A stretch of DNA of 63,940 bases, counting the filler, from Vicugna vicugna (Eukaryota), in assembly GCA_013265495.1 (NCBI GenBank). It is 76 parts of 73 records of this genome, joined end to end, with 100 filler letters (N's around TTAATTAATTAA, not from the genome) between each part and the next. Parts side by side here need not be neighbours in the genome. Positions count along the whole stretch, not along the records: positions 25,251 to 25,460 come from MU062838.1; positions 25,561 to 25,880 come from MU062838.1; positions 25,981 to 26,504 come from PNXW01026213.1; positions 26,605 to 26,835 come from MU062841.1; positions 26,936 to 27,688 come from MU062842.1; positions 27,789 to 28,581 come from MU062843.1; positions 28,682 to 29,438 come from PNXW01026348.1; positions 29,539 to 29,993 come from PNXW01026354.1; 68 more parts are not named here. One strand, given 5' to 3'. A program made the translations under genes and the position numbers. This document shows positions 25,251 through 37,320 of this stretch, piece after piece (the first letter of the stretch is position 1; every line of letters starts with the position of its first letter). The notes under the pieces were generated by a model. The model was not told where the DNA came from and did not search any database. It saw nothing but the letters and a program-made list of their open reading frames with translations.

Positions 25251-25460
25251 GCCAGCCCACACTCAGGATAGCAGAAAACTTCTTCATGTGTATTCAGGTG
25301 GTGGGGATACCGAGTCCACGCTTTTTTCAAGGAGCACAGGTATTCCCATGTTGTGGGGTTTTGGTTAATAACCTCCAAATCCCATGGAGAAGCACTCGCT
25401 AATACTTGGATTTAGAGCCCAACCCACCCTTTCCCCAGCACTCCGTATCAGGCAACCAAA
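25251..25460 (+). repeat. Satellite D (heteromeric ~260-270-bp monomers)
   Basis: Near-identical to 40732-40939. Confidence 0.9.
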
Positions 25461-25560
25461 NNNNNNNNNNNNNNNNNNNNNNNNNNNNNNNNNNNNNNNN
25501 NNNNTTAATTAATTAANNNNNNNNNNNNNNNNNNNNNNNNNNNNNNNNNNNNNNNNNNNN

Positions 25561-25880
25561 TGGATCAGGGGGCACTCACTGCTACTTGGCCTCCAAGCAC
25601 AACCCCCAGGTTTCCCTCATGGCCTGGCCTAAAGGAACACTCAGGGAACAGAAGCTAAGGGATACTAATAGAACCCAAGTGCTGCTATCAGTTTGAGGAA
25701 CATCCCCACACTCAGAATACCAGAACACTTCATTGCGTGTGTGCTGGATGTAGGGAAAGAATCAAAGCATCTTTCAGGGGGCACATTTATTCCATGGTTG
25801 AGGTTGTAGGTTAAAAACCCGCATCCCATGGATACGCTCTCGCTAATACTTGTTTAGAGCCCAACCCCCACTTTCCCCCA
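25561..25880 (+). repeat. Satellite D
   Basis: Closely matches the reverse complement of ~57780-58100. Confidence 0.9.
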
Positions 25881-25980
25881 NNNNNNNNNNNNNNNNNNNN
25901 NNNNNNNNNNNNNNNNNNNNNNNNTTAATTAATTAANNNNNNNNNNNNNNNNNNNNNNNNNNNNNNNNNNNNNNNNNNNN

Positions 25981-26504
25981 AACCAGAATTTTGGACATGG
26001 AATGCAGAAATCGGAGTTTAGAATATAGAATAGAGTATACAGAATATAGAATTTAGAATAGAGAATGTAGAACACAGAATATAGAGTATAGATTTCAGAA
26101 TACAGAATTTGTTACATGGAATGCAGAACATAGAGTATAGAAAATATAATACATCTTAAAGAACCCAGAATTTAGAACATGGAATGGAGAACAGAGAATA
26201 TAGGATATAGAATACAGAATACAGCATATAGAAGGTAGAATATAGATTGTAGAACACAGAATATAGAATATAGAATAAAAAATATAGAACCCAGATTTTA
26301 GAACATGGAATGTAGGACAGAATATAGAATATAGAATACAGAAAGAAAATAGAATGTAGACTACAGAATACAGAATATAGAATACAGCATTCAGAACACA
26401 GAATTTAGAACATGGAATGCAGGACAGAACATACAATATAGAATACAGAAATAGAATGAAAAGTATAGAATGTAGAACACAGTATATAGGATATAGAATA
26501 CAGA
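25981..26504 (+). repeat. Satellite E, degenerate heptamer (AGAATAT)n
   Basis: AGAATAT/AGAATAC/AGAACAC/AGAATTT units with recurrent CATGGAATG. Confidence 0.95.
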
Positions 26505-26604
26505 NNNNNNNNNNNNNNNNNNNNNNNNNNNNNNNNNNNNNNNNNNNNTTAATTAATTAANNNNNNNNNNNNNNNNNNNNNNNNNNNNNNNNNNNNNNNN
26601 NNNN

Positions 26605-26835
26605 GGATGGATGGGTGGATGGATGGGTGGATGGGTGGATGGATGGGTAGATGGGTAGATGGATGGGTGGGTGGGTCAGTGGTTGGATGGATGATGGGTG
26701 GATGGATGGGTAGATGGATGGGTGGATGGGTGGATGGGTAGATGGATGGGTGGATAGGTGGATAGATGGGTGGATGGGTGGATGGATGGGTAGATGGATG
26801 GGTGGATGGGTGGATGGATGGTACTAGATGAATGA
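26605..26835 (+). repeat. (GGAT/GGGT/AGAT)n tetranucleotide repeat
   Basis: Directly visible. Confidence 0.97.
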
Positions 26836-27788
26836 NNNNNNNNNNNNNNNNNNNNNNNNNNNNNNNNNNNNNNNNNNNNTTAATTAATTAANNNNNNNNN
26901 NNNNNNNNNNNNNNNNNNNNNNNNNNNNNNNNNNNAGTTCCGGGCAAAGGGCCTTCTCTAGGGGGCCATCTGGCAGATTATATGAGGACAGTATACAAAA
27001 GAGTGGGAGGGTTGATGGTATAAATGCATTTTAATTTTTGCTCCGAAACTGATTCTGTCCTTCCGTTTTGTTAAGCAAGTGTTCTTGGGCCAGACATGAT
27101 TCTACTTTTTTCTTTCTATTTGATCATCCAAGAGGTTTAGATAGGGGATTTGTTTTAGGGTAAGAATCTTTAAANNNNNNNNNNNNNNNNNNNNNNNNNN
27201 NNNNNNNNNNNNNNNNNNNNNNNNNNNNNNNNNNNNNNNNNNNNNNNNNNNNNNNNNNNNNNNNNNNNNNNNNNNNNNNNNNNNNNNNNNNNNNNNNNNN
27301 NNNNNNNNNNNNNNNNNNNNNNNNNNNNNNNNNNNNNNNNNNNNNNNNNNNNNNNNNNNNNNNNNNNNNNNNNNNNNNNNNNNNNNNNNNNNNNNNNNNN
27401 NNNNNNNNNNNNNNNNNNNNNNNNNNNNNNNNNNNNNNNNNNNNNNNNNNNNNNNNNNNNNNNNNNNNNNNNNNNNNNNNNNNNNNNNNNNNNNNNNNNN
27501 NNNNNNNNNNNNNNNNAAGTTAAAGGTTATCAACCTAACTTAATAGGGAAAAGGGAAAGGAGAGAATTGGCTTCCATGACAGGTTTTCTTCTACATCTTT
27601 TGAATCTCAGTTGTCTTCAGCTTAAAGAGGTTTTGTATTAACTGTGAGTTCTATCTGACTTTTCATTCCTCGAACTTTGTTCTTCTTTNNNNNNNNNNNN
27701 NNNNNNNNNNNNNNNNNNNNNNNNNNNNNNNNTTAATTAATTAANNNNNNNNNNNNNNNNNNNNNNNNNNNNNNNNNNNNNNNNNNNN

Positions 27789-27997
27789 TATGTGATGTGG
27801 AAAAAGAGACTTAGCAGATATTATGAAGTTTACCCGCCATAAAATTGGAGATGACCAAGTGGTAAGCAGGTAGAACATATCGTATCACATGAGTCCTTAA
27901 AAGCGGGCACATTCTCCCACTGCAGCCAGTGAAGTGGGCTGAAGGAGAAGCTGGAGTCAGAACTGCCACCCCAACTGGCAATAGCAAAAGCCCCTCC
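27789..27997 (+). mobile_element. MLT1-like MaLR LTR fragment
   Basis: AAAAGAGACTTAGCAGAT...ATCACATGAGTCCTTAAAAGC. Confidence 0.55.
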
Positions 27998-28412
27998 NNN
28001 NNNNNNNNNNNNNNNNNNNNNNNNNNNNNNNNNNNNNNNNNNNNNNNNNNNNNNNNNNNNNNNNNNNNNNNNNNNNNNNNNNNNNNNNNNNNNNNNNNNN
28101 NNNNNNNNNNNNNNNNNNNNNNNNNNNNNNNNNNNNNNNNNNNNNNNNNNNNNNNNNNNNNNNNNNNNNNNNNNNNNNNNNNNNNNNNNNNNNNNNNNNN
28201 NNNNNNNNNNNNNNNNNNNNNNNNNNNNNNNNNNNNNNNNNNNNNNNNNNNNNNNNNNNNNNNNNNNNNNNNNNNNNNNNNNNNNNNNNNNNNNNNNNNN
28301 NNNNNNNNNNNNNNNNNNNNNNNNNNNNNNNNNNNNNNNNNNNNNNNNNNNNNNNNNNNNNNNNNNNNNNNNNNNNNNNNNNNNNNNNNNNNNNNNNNNN
28401 NNNNNNNNNNNN

Positions 28413-28581
28413 GACAAAGCCAACCCAAGACAAGACACGCCACAGTCAAACTGCTGGGAACGGAAGAAAAAGATAAGGATCTCAGATGCAGACAGAGGGA
28501 AACCACCTGCAGGGGAACACAGTTCAAAGGACAGCAGACTTCACGCTGGAAACGATGGAGACCAGCAGGAAGTGGCAGGAC
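28413..28581 (+). mobile_element. Old L1 ORF1 fragment
   Basis: Encodes RHATVKLLGTEEKDKDL..TCRGT, followed by ACAGCAGACTTCAC..GGAAACGATGGAGACCAG..AAGTGG (cf. L1 ORF1p TADFSSETMEARRQW). Confidence 0.7.
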
Positions 28582-28681
28582 NNNNNNNNNNNNNNNNNNN
28601 NNNNNNNNNNNNNNNNNNNNNNNNNTTAATTAATTAANNNNNNNNNNNNNNNNNNNNNNNNNNNNNNNNNNNNNNNNNNNN

Positions 28682-29438
28682 TATGTAAATCTTATGATCA
28701 TTTGTTTCAGTCCTAAAAATAAATGTCTTGCATAATTTAGATAGGAACTCAGTTAGTTTGTGAATTACCTTGGGCATTATGGCCATTTTAACAATATTAT
28801 TGCTTCCATTACGAGACCATTGTGTATGTTTTCAATTCTTAAAATCTTTCTTGATTTCCTCAATCAATATTTCCTTTTTCTCCATGTATAAGTCATTTGC
28901 CACCTTGGTCAGAGTTATTCTTAAGCATTTTATAGTTTTGGGTGCAGTTATTAAAGTGGTTGTTTCCATAATTTGTTTTCCTGATGATTCAATGATAATG
29001 TAAAGAAATGTAATTGGTTTTTGTAGATTAATCTGACTACCTAGCCCAGTTCCTTTTTTAGCCTAAGTAATTTTTTGTGAAGCTTTTACAGTTTTCTATA
29101 AACAGTGTCATGTCTGCATAACATGACAATTTTACCTCTTCTTTCCCAGTCTGAAAAGTTTTGTTTATTTTCCTTGCCTGATCGTTGTGGCTAGGAATTC
29201 CAAGACTATATTGAATTGAAATTGTGAGAATGGGCATCCTAGCCTTGTCTCAGGTTTTTGTGGGAAGGGTTCCAGTTTTTCACCATTGAGTATTTTGCTG
29301 GCTATATACTTGTCATAAATAGCTTTCATTATGTTGAGATATGGTCCCTCTATGCCCACTGTGATAAGAACTTTTACGTTAAATTTTATCAAATGCTTTT
29401 TCTGCATCTACTGAGATAATCATATCGTTTTTGTCTTC
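28682..29438 (-). mobile_element. L1 ORF2 RT fragment
   Basis: Minus-strand GIEGPYLNIMKAIYDK..ILNGEKLEPFP..TRLGCP..FNIVLEFLATTIRQ. Confidence 0.93.
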
Positions 29439-30093
29439 NNNNNNNNNNNNNNNNNNNNNNNNNNNNNNNNNNNNNNNNNNNNTTAATTAATTAANNNNNN
29501 NNNNNNNNNNNNNNNNNNNNNNNNNNNNNNNNNNNNNNTTCATTTTAGAATCTATGTGCACTTGCCTGTGTGTGTGTGTGTGTATGGTGAGAGTTTGGTT
29601 GTGGGGAGAAGCACTGTGAACTTACCCACCCTGTACTGAGAGCTGTAGGACCTCCTTCCCTGCTAAAAATGACCCTGCTCTTGTCACCACATCCCCACCC
29701 ATGACAGCACTTCTTTGTAATGAATGTACGTAATGTCCTGTTTGTCATGGACCAATGCAAACCATTTATAGTTCATAAAGTTATTTATATTTCCAATTAA
29801 AAGTACTCATATTTATGATGGATTTTGTTTTTACTCTTTATTTACCTTGGTGTCCGAACTAATGATAATAGAAGACCCATTTCCTAAGAGAAAGTTGACT
29901 TGCCGTTAAGAGACAGGATCCCTCGTGAACACATCCTCACCATTTGTTCTGACTGATGCATGACTTAATGTCATTGCAAGAGGAATTTCCCAANNNNNNN
30001 NNNNNNNNNNNNNNNNNNNNNNNNNNNNNNNNNNNNNTTAATTAATTAANNNNNNNNNNNNNNNNNNNNNNNNNNNNNNNNNNNNNNNNNNNN

Positions 30094-30921
30094 TTTTCTG
30101 TTGAATAATGCACGAATTCGAGTCTGGTGTTAGTGAAAACTTGTGAAAATGAATACACGTGTCTAGATGAAAATATTAGTTTTATAGAGGATGAAAAAAC
30201 AGTAATCCACATGCTCTCAACTCAGGAATGCATGTTTGTCGAATCAGTCATGCATGAAGCATGTACGAAACGCGGAATATCATGTAGATTGAATCTATTC
30301 AAATTATATTTCTCTTGGGTAGANNNNNNNNNNNNNNNNNNNNNNNNNNNNNNNNNNNNNNNNNNNNNNNNNNNNNNNNNNNNNNNNNNNNNNNNNNNNN
30401 NNNNNNNNNNNNNNNNNNNNNNNNNNNNNNNNNNNNNNNNNNNNNNNNNNNNNNNNNNNNNNNNNNNNNNNNNNNNNNNNNNNNNNNNNNNNNNNNNNNN
30501 NNNNNNNNNNNNNNNNNNNNNNNNNNNNNNNNNNNNNNNNNNNNNNNNNNNNNNNNNNNNNNNNNNNNNNNNNNNNNNNNNNNNNNNNNNNNNNNNNNNN
30601 NNNNNNNNNNNNNNNNNNNNNNNNNNNNNNNNNNNNNNNNNNNNNNNNNNNNNNNNNNNNNNNNNNNNNNNNNNNNNNNNNNNNNNNNNNNNNNNNNNNN
30701 NNNNNNNNNNNNNNNNNNNNNNNNNNNNNNNNNNNNNNNNNNNNNNNNNNNNNNNNNNNNNNNNNNNNNNNATGTACGGAACCCAGAATACCATGTGGAT
30801 GGAATTCATGTAAATTACATATCTATTTGGTTGAAATAGCTCCAGAAGCATTTTTGAGTGAAAAATGCACTAATTCGAATCTGATGTAGGGAAAGCTTGT
30901 GAAAATGAATACACGTGTCTT
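30094..30921 (+). repeat. Satellite C, gapped
   Basis: CTTGTGAAAATGAATACACGTGTCT on both sides of the gap. Confidence 0.92.
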
Positions 30922-31021
30922 NNNNNNNNNNNNNNNNNNNNNNNNNNNNNNNNNNNNNNNNNNNNTTAATTAATTAANNNNNNNNNNNNNNNNNNNNNNN
31001 NNNNNNNNNNNNNNNNNNNNN

Positions 31022-32456
31022 GTGAATTCTACCCTAGAGATATGTAATTTGATTAGATGCCATCTAAATCATATTCTGTGTTCCGTACATGCTACATACA
31101 TGATGGATTCGACAAATATACATTCCTTAGTTGAGGTCATCTCCTCTATAAATGTAATAGTTTCATCTTGACACGTGTACACATTTTCACAAGCTTTCCC
31201 TAAAACCAGGTGCGAATTCGTGCATTTTTCACAAAAAAAATTTCTGGAGCGATTTCCACCTAATAGGNNNNNNNNNNNNNNNNNNNNNNNNNNNNNNNNN
31301 NNNNNNNNNNNNNNNNNNNNNNNNNNNNNNNNNNNNNNNNNNNNNNNNNNNNNNNNNNNNNNNNNNNNNNNNNNNNNNNNNNNNNNNNNNNNNNNNNNNN
31401 NNNNNNNNNNNNNNNNNNNNNNNNNNNNNNNNNNNNNNNNNNNNNNNNNNNNNNNNNNNNNNNNNNNNNNNNNNNNNNNNNNNNNNNNNNNNNNNNNNNN
31501 NNNNNNNNNNNNNNNNNNNNNNNNNNNNNNNNNNNNNNNNNNNNNNNNNNNNNNNNNNNNNNNNNNNNNNNNNNNNNNNNNNNNNNNNNNNNNNNNNNNN
31601 NNNNNNNNNNNNNNNNNNNNNNNNNNNNNNNNNNNNNNNNNNNNNNNNNNNNNNNNNNNNNNNNNNNNNNNNNNNNNNNNNNNNNNNNNNNNNNNNNNNN
31701 NNNNNNNNNNNNNNNNNNNNNNNNNNNNNNNNNNNNNNNNNNNNNNNNNNNNNNNNNNNNNNNNNNNNNNNNNNNNNNNNNNNNNNNNNNNNNNNNNNNN
31801 NNNNNNNNNNNNNNNNNNNNNNNNNNNNNNNNNNNNNNNNNNNNNNNNNNNNNNNNNNNNNNNNNNNNNNNNNNNNNNNNNNNNNNNNNNNNNNNNNNNN
31901 NNNNNNNNNNNNNNNNNNNNNNNNNNNNNNNNNNNNNNNNNNNNNNNNNNNNNNNNNNNNNNNNNNNNNNNNNNNNNNNNNNNNNNNNNNNNNNNNNNNN
32001 NNNNNNNNNNNNNNNNNNNNNNNNNNNNNNNNNNNNNNNNNNNNNNNNNNNNNNNNNNNNNNNNNNNNNNNNNNNNNNNNNNNNNNNNNNNNNNNNNNNN
32101 NNNNNNNNNNNNNNNNNNNNNNNNNNNNNNNNNNNNNNNNNNNNNNNNNNNNNNNNNNNNNNNNNNNNNNNNNNNNNNNNNNNNNNNNNNNNNNNNNNNN
32201 NNNNNNNNNNNNNNNNNNNNNNNNNNNNNNNNNNNNNNNNNNNNTTCTCACAAATAAACATGTAATTTACATTGTTTACATAACCATGGCATTCCGTATT
32301 ACGAACATGTTTCATGCATCCCGGATTCATCAAACTTGAATTTCTGAGCTGTGAACATGCGCATGACAAATGTTTCAAACACCAAACAAGTTACTTATGC
32401 ACTATGAAATTCTTATTTTGACTTTGTAGCTTCTGCCTATCACCAGTTTCAAGAAT
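31022..32456 (-). repeat. Satellite C, gapped
   Basis: Reverse-complement monomer motifs (GTGAACATGCGCATGAC). Confidence 0.92.
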
Positions 32457-32654
32457 NNNNNNNNNNNNNNNNNNNNNNNNNNNNNNNNNNNNNNNNNNNN
32501 TTAATTAATTAANNNNNNNNNNNNNNNNNNNNNNNNNNNNNNNNNNNNNNNNNNNNATAGAAACACTTGTTTTTTATTATAATTGTGGCTCCTAGATTGC
32601 ACTGGTTTTCAGTATGCATTTTTTTTTATAAATTTATTCTTATTTTTAAATAAG

Positions 32655-32749
32655 CACTTGTGTTTATTTATTTTCATGAAGGTACTGGGGATTGAAGCCA
32701 GTTGTGCATGCTCAACAGGTGCTCTAAAACGGAGTAAAACCCACCCTCC
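32655..32749 (-). mobile_element. Degenerate Vic-1-like SINE
   Basis: GGTACTGGGGATTGAA...GCATGCT...GCTCTA...CCCACCCTCC aligns with 6355-6427. Confidence 0.65.
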
Positions 32750-33574
32750 TTGTCTGCACTTTAAAATAAATATTTCAATACACAAAATATTTCTTAAACA
32801 CCATCATGGGTCCTATTTTCTGCATAGACAATTGAATACATATGCCATCTCAATACGAATAAATGTCGTAGGGACATACCTTTCTAAATCTAATCTGTTT
32901 ACGTGTTTAAAAACGATCATAGGTAGTGATAAACACGAGAATTGGATCCACTACTTCTTAGGGTTTGCTTTGCCATCATGGGAAATTACGTTCTACAGAG
33001 AAGGCTAATTGGGTCTCTTTGATATTTGGATGATTTTGCAATGTTCAAGGCTTTCAAAAGCTGACCGTTTTGTATTTTAAACTAACTACAAAGTTATCTT
33101 CTAGAAGTTGGAAGTCCTTAGCTTGTGAAGTACCCAGTAATTCAGTGTGTATGTCTGTGTCTCTGTGAATGTGTGTGTGTGTGATTTCAGAAATGTAGCA
33201 ATAAGTTCCATATAGCCTTGATACCTTTCTCCTCCAGTTCAAGGTGTAGGTATATATTTACACNNNNNNNNNNNNNNNNNNNNNNNNNNNNNNNNNNNNN
33301 NNNNNNNTTAATTAATTAANNNNNNNNNNNNNNNNNNNNNNNNNNNNNNNNNNNNNNNNNNNNATATTACATTTACTGTCTCTTCCCCTCGTGTCTTCAC
33401 AGCGTGAGATTTCAAATAAGAGGCACGTTGTATTGAACCAAAGAAATGCATTTGGTTTGAGCTTAACTCAGAAATGGTCTTTTTACCAAGTAGCTCTATT
33501 TTGGTGCCCACATACCTGCCATGCACCAAGAGCTTCATGTTACTTATAAAAGTTACAATAATGCTATAAGCTCC

Positions 33575-33680
33575 GTGCTATTTCCCCCATTTTACAAATA
33601 TTGCAGCTGAGGCTTACAAAGGTTAAATACTAAGTTCTAATTACTGGTAAGTGACAGAGCTGAGGGTTTGAATTTGTCTA
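33575..33680. mobile_element. MIR fragment
   Basis: CCCCATTTTACAAAT..CTGAGGCT..AGGTTAAAT..GGTAAGTGACAGAGCTG is the MIR core. Confidence 0.75.
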
Positions 33681-33727
33681 CCTCCACAGAGAGGATGCCA
33701 GCCCCTCCTATTGAAGAAGTGTAACTA

Positions 33728-34016
33728 CAGCAGCCTCCACTTATCTGTGGCTTTGCTTTGCACTGTGTCAGTTACTCAGTCACCTGCAGTCTGAAAATGC
33801 TGAATGGTAAATTCCAGAAATAAACAATTCATAAGTTTCAAACTGTGGCCATTCTGAGTAGCATTGTGAAATCTTGGTCAGCCTGTGCCTTCAGCTCCAT
33901 CTCACCCTAGATGTGAATCATCCGTTTTCCAGCATATCCTCGCTGTATACTCGAACCTTCTCTTAGTGTAAGGGGGAAAAAAGAAAAAACAGTATATATG
34001 TAGGATTTGATAGTAT
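33728..34016. mobile_element. MER44/Tigger7-derived DNA transposon
   Basis: TA|CAGCAGCCTCCACTTATCTGTGG terminus, AAATTCCAGAAATAAACAATTCATAAGTTT and GTGAATCATCC. Confidence 0.75.
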
Positions 34017-34649
34017 NNNNNNNNNNNNNNNNNNNNNNNNNNNNNNNNNNNNNNNNNNNNTTAATTAATTAANNNNNNNNNNNNNNNNNNNNNNNNNNNN
34101 NNNNNNNNNNNNNNNNCAGGTGGAGTTGGAGGTACCCTTGAGACATCTAAGTGCAGTGTCATGAGCTCACAGAGGAGGTATGGGCCCGGGCTGTGCATTT
34201 TCCTATAATCTCAATCCCTGAGGACGCCCAGGTATTCATCACTGAGCATGAAGTCATACTTGACAGGACAAGTGAATAGTAGTATCATCTCTGTCATCAA
34301 AACTCACGTCTCTTTATTCATCACTCACTTTGCTAATTGGGAACTTACAGAGATCACTTCACCGCCCTTCCCTGGGCTCAGGCTCCACAGAAAAGAGCTG
34401 GTGATTCTCCCTCTTTTCCAGGAGAGGACACATTTAGCTGGTAGACTTCTATACCTCCCCAGACTTAGAATTTTAGTTTGTTGGTTTAATTCTATTTTCT
34501 GTTGGCCATCTCCTGACAGGAGAGACGTTTTACCTCATGATCAGGTTTCAATTAGCTGTTACTGAGAATTGCTGATCTGATCCATAGTGTATGTATTCTA
34601 TTAACTTTGTAGAGTACTTATCATTTTTCTGTCTTTGCCCTTTAATTTT

Positions 34650-34870
34650 GTTTGCCCCTTCAATTTTCTATCCTATTTGGGGCCTTAATTTATTTTTTAA
34701 TTAAAAAATGTCTGTTAGCAGTTAAGAAAACAAAAGCAAAGAAAAGATGCACATGATAGAGTTTGCCCCTTCAATTTTCTATCCTATTTGGGGCCTTAAT
34801 TTATTTTTTAATTAAAAAATGTCTGTTAGCAGTTAAGAAAACAAAAACAAAGAAAAGATGCACATGATAG
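34650..34870. repeat. 110-bp direct tandem duplication
   Basis: 34650-34759 and 34761-34870 differ at one base. Confidence 0.95.
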
Positions 34871-36076
34871 CTAAATTTACAAAATATCTAGTATGTTTTC
34901 TGTCTCAGCGATGGAGGGTTCTAAAAACTCGTGAAAACCTTCATTACATAAGNNNNNNNNNNNNNNNNNNNNNNNNNNNNNNNNNNNNNNNNNNNNTTAA
35001 TTAATTAANNNNNNNNNNNNNNNNNNNNNNNNNNNNNNNNNNNNNNNNNNNNCAGCATGAGAGATATGTAAGGCCATCTGGCCTCTCAACATAGAAACGA
35101 TGCCCCCGCAGTCATTCTTAAAATTGTAATCTCCTGGCTCCACCAGGGAGCAGAGGCCATGGCCTGTTGTCCACCAAGTTTTGTTTTCTTGCACAACAGC
35201 TACAATGGGGTGAGTAAACACCGGACCAGAAAATCTACAAAGCCCTCGTGTACTATTTCCTGACACTTGCAGGTCACCAAAATACCCCANNNNNNNNNNN
35301 NNNNNNNNNNNNNNNNNNNNNNNNNNNNNNNNNNNNNNNNNNNNNNNNNNNNNNNNNNNNNNNNNNNNNNNNNNNNNNNNNNNNNNNNNNNNNNNNNNNN
35401 NNNNNNNNNNNNNNNNNNNNNNNNNNNNNNNNNNNNNNAAAGGGACTGTTCTTTGTTTATGGGCTAGGGAGTATTTGTGGCTGTCTGACCAGAACCTTCA
35501 AAAGTAGAGCTCTTGGTGAGAGTGGAAGCATGGCACCCACGTCTCATGAGCTCAACTACCCAACAGCCTCATCTAGCCAAGACTGTGGCCAACACCAGGG
35601 GTCCATGCTGTTGAGTGTTGGGTCTGGAGAGCAATGCCNNNNNNNNNNNNNNNNNNNNNNNNNNNNNNNNNNNNNNNNNNNNNNNNNNNNNNNNNNNNNN
35701 NNNNNNNNNNNNNNNNNNNNNNNNNNNNNNNNNNNNNNNNNNNNNNNNNNNNNNNNNNNNNNNNNNNNNNNNNNNCCTCAAGTGCAGAAAATCCCCAAAA
35801 AGACCCCTGCTTGAGTGAATGGGTCACCTATAAGCCAACTGTTCTCGGGCCGCCTAAGAAGCAACACAGTATATACAGTGAGCCACCCACTCATTGAAGT
35901 CCCCAAGGCTCACAGCTCCCTAATGTGACAACAGGTACCCCCAGCAAACAGAAGACCCTTACTTTATAATTGACTTNNNNNNNNNNNNNNNNNNNNNNNN
36001 NNNNNNNNNNNNNNNNNNNNTTAATTAATTAANNNNNNNNNNNNNNNNNNNNNNNNNNNNNNNNNNNNNNNNNNNN

Positions 36077-37220
36077 CCATGCTCAGGATTCCGGAACCAT
36101 TGTCAGTGCGAGTGGGAGCTCAAAAGATAAATAGACTCAGCTCTCTTCCGTCACAGGTGTTCCCTGTTCGGGGAAGTCCGAGAAATAACTTCCCTGACCT
36201 TGGGGANNNNNNNNNNNNNNNNNNNNNNNNNNNNNNNNNNNNNNNNNNNNNNNNNNNNNNNNNNNNNNNNNNNNNNNNNNNNNNNNNNNNNNNNNNNNNN
36301 NNNNNNNNNNNNNNNNNNNNNNNNNNNNNNNNNNNNNNNNNNNNNNNNNNNNNNNNNNNNNNNNNNNNNNNNNNNNNNNNNNNNNNNNNNNNNNNNNNNN
36401 NNNNNNNNNNNNNNNNNNNNNNNNNNNNNNNNNNNNNNNNNNNNNNNNNNNNNNNNNNNNNNNNNNNNNNNNNNNNNNCCCTGGGATACAAACCCCCCTA
36501 GCATTCCCTGGCACATAGACGTTTGGAAAACCCTCAGGGGAGACGAGATTAAGCTGTCCGTTAGAACCCACGCGCTGCCGACCGTTGGTGGAACCTCCCC
36601 ACGCTCAGGATTCCGGAAACATTGTCAGTGCGAGAGGGAGTTCGAGAGACAACTCCACGCAGCTCTCTTCAGTCACAGGTGTTCCCTGTTCGGGGAAGTC
36701 TGAGAAATAACTTCCCTGATTTTGGGGAGGCAGCCTCTGTCCCTGGGATATCCTGCAAACCCCCCTAGCATTCCCTGGCACATAGACGTTTGGAAAACCC
36801 TCAGGGGAGACGAGCTTAGGCATTCCGTTTGAACCCAAGCGCTGCCCACCGTTGGTGGAACCTCTTCAAGCTCAGGATTCCGGAAACATTGTCAGTGCGA
36901 GAGGGAGTTCGAGAGACAACTCCACGCAGCTCTCTTCAGTCACAGGCGTTCCCTGTTATGGGAAGTCCGAGAAATACCTTCCCTGTCCTTGGGGAGGCAG
37001 CCTCTGTCACTGGGATATCCTGCAAACCCCCCTAGCATTCCCTGGCACAGAGACATTAGGAAAACCCTCAGGGGAGACGAGCTTAGGCTTTCCGTTAGAA
37101 CTCACGCGCTGCCGACAGTTGGTGGAACCTCCCCACGCTCAGGATTAAGGAAACATTGTCAGTGCGACGGGAAGGTCGAGAGACAACTCCACGGTGCTCT
37201 CTTCATCACAGGTGTTCCGT
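36077..37220 (+). repeat. Satellite A array
   Basis: About 3 contiguous monomers after the gap. Confidence 0.96.
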
Positions 37221-37320
37221 NNNNNNNNNNNNNNNNNNNNNNNNNNNNNNNNNNNNNNNNNNNNTTAATTAATTAANNNNNNNNNNNNNNNNNNNNNNNN
37301 NNNNNNNNNNNNNNNNNNNN

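Noticed and set aside
26605..26835. G-rich repeat as a telomere or G-quadruplex element
   Set aside because: Not TTAGGG; a common GGAT-class microsatellite with no context.
26936..27688. Possible LTR fragment (also possible L1 5'UTR or ERV sequence at 35053-35976)
   Set aside because: Only a vague resemblance; cannot be assigned without RepeatMasker/Dfam.
31175..32378. Long ORFs of 300+ aa (also 13885-14931, 17136-18158, 58365-59322)
   Set aside because: Almost entirely X residues from N gaps.
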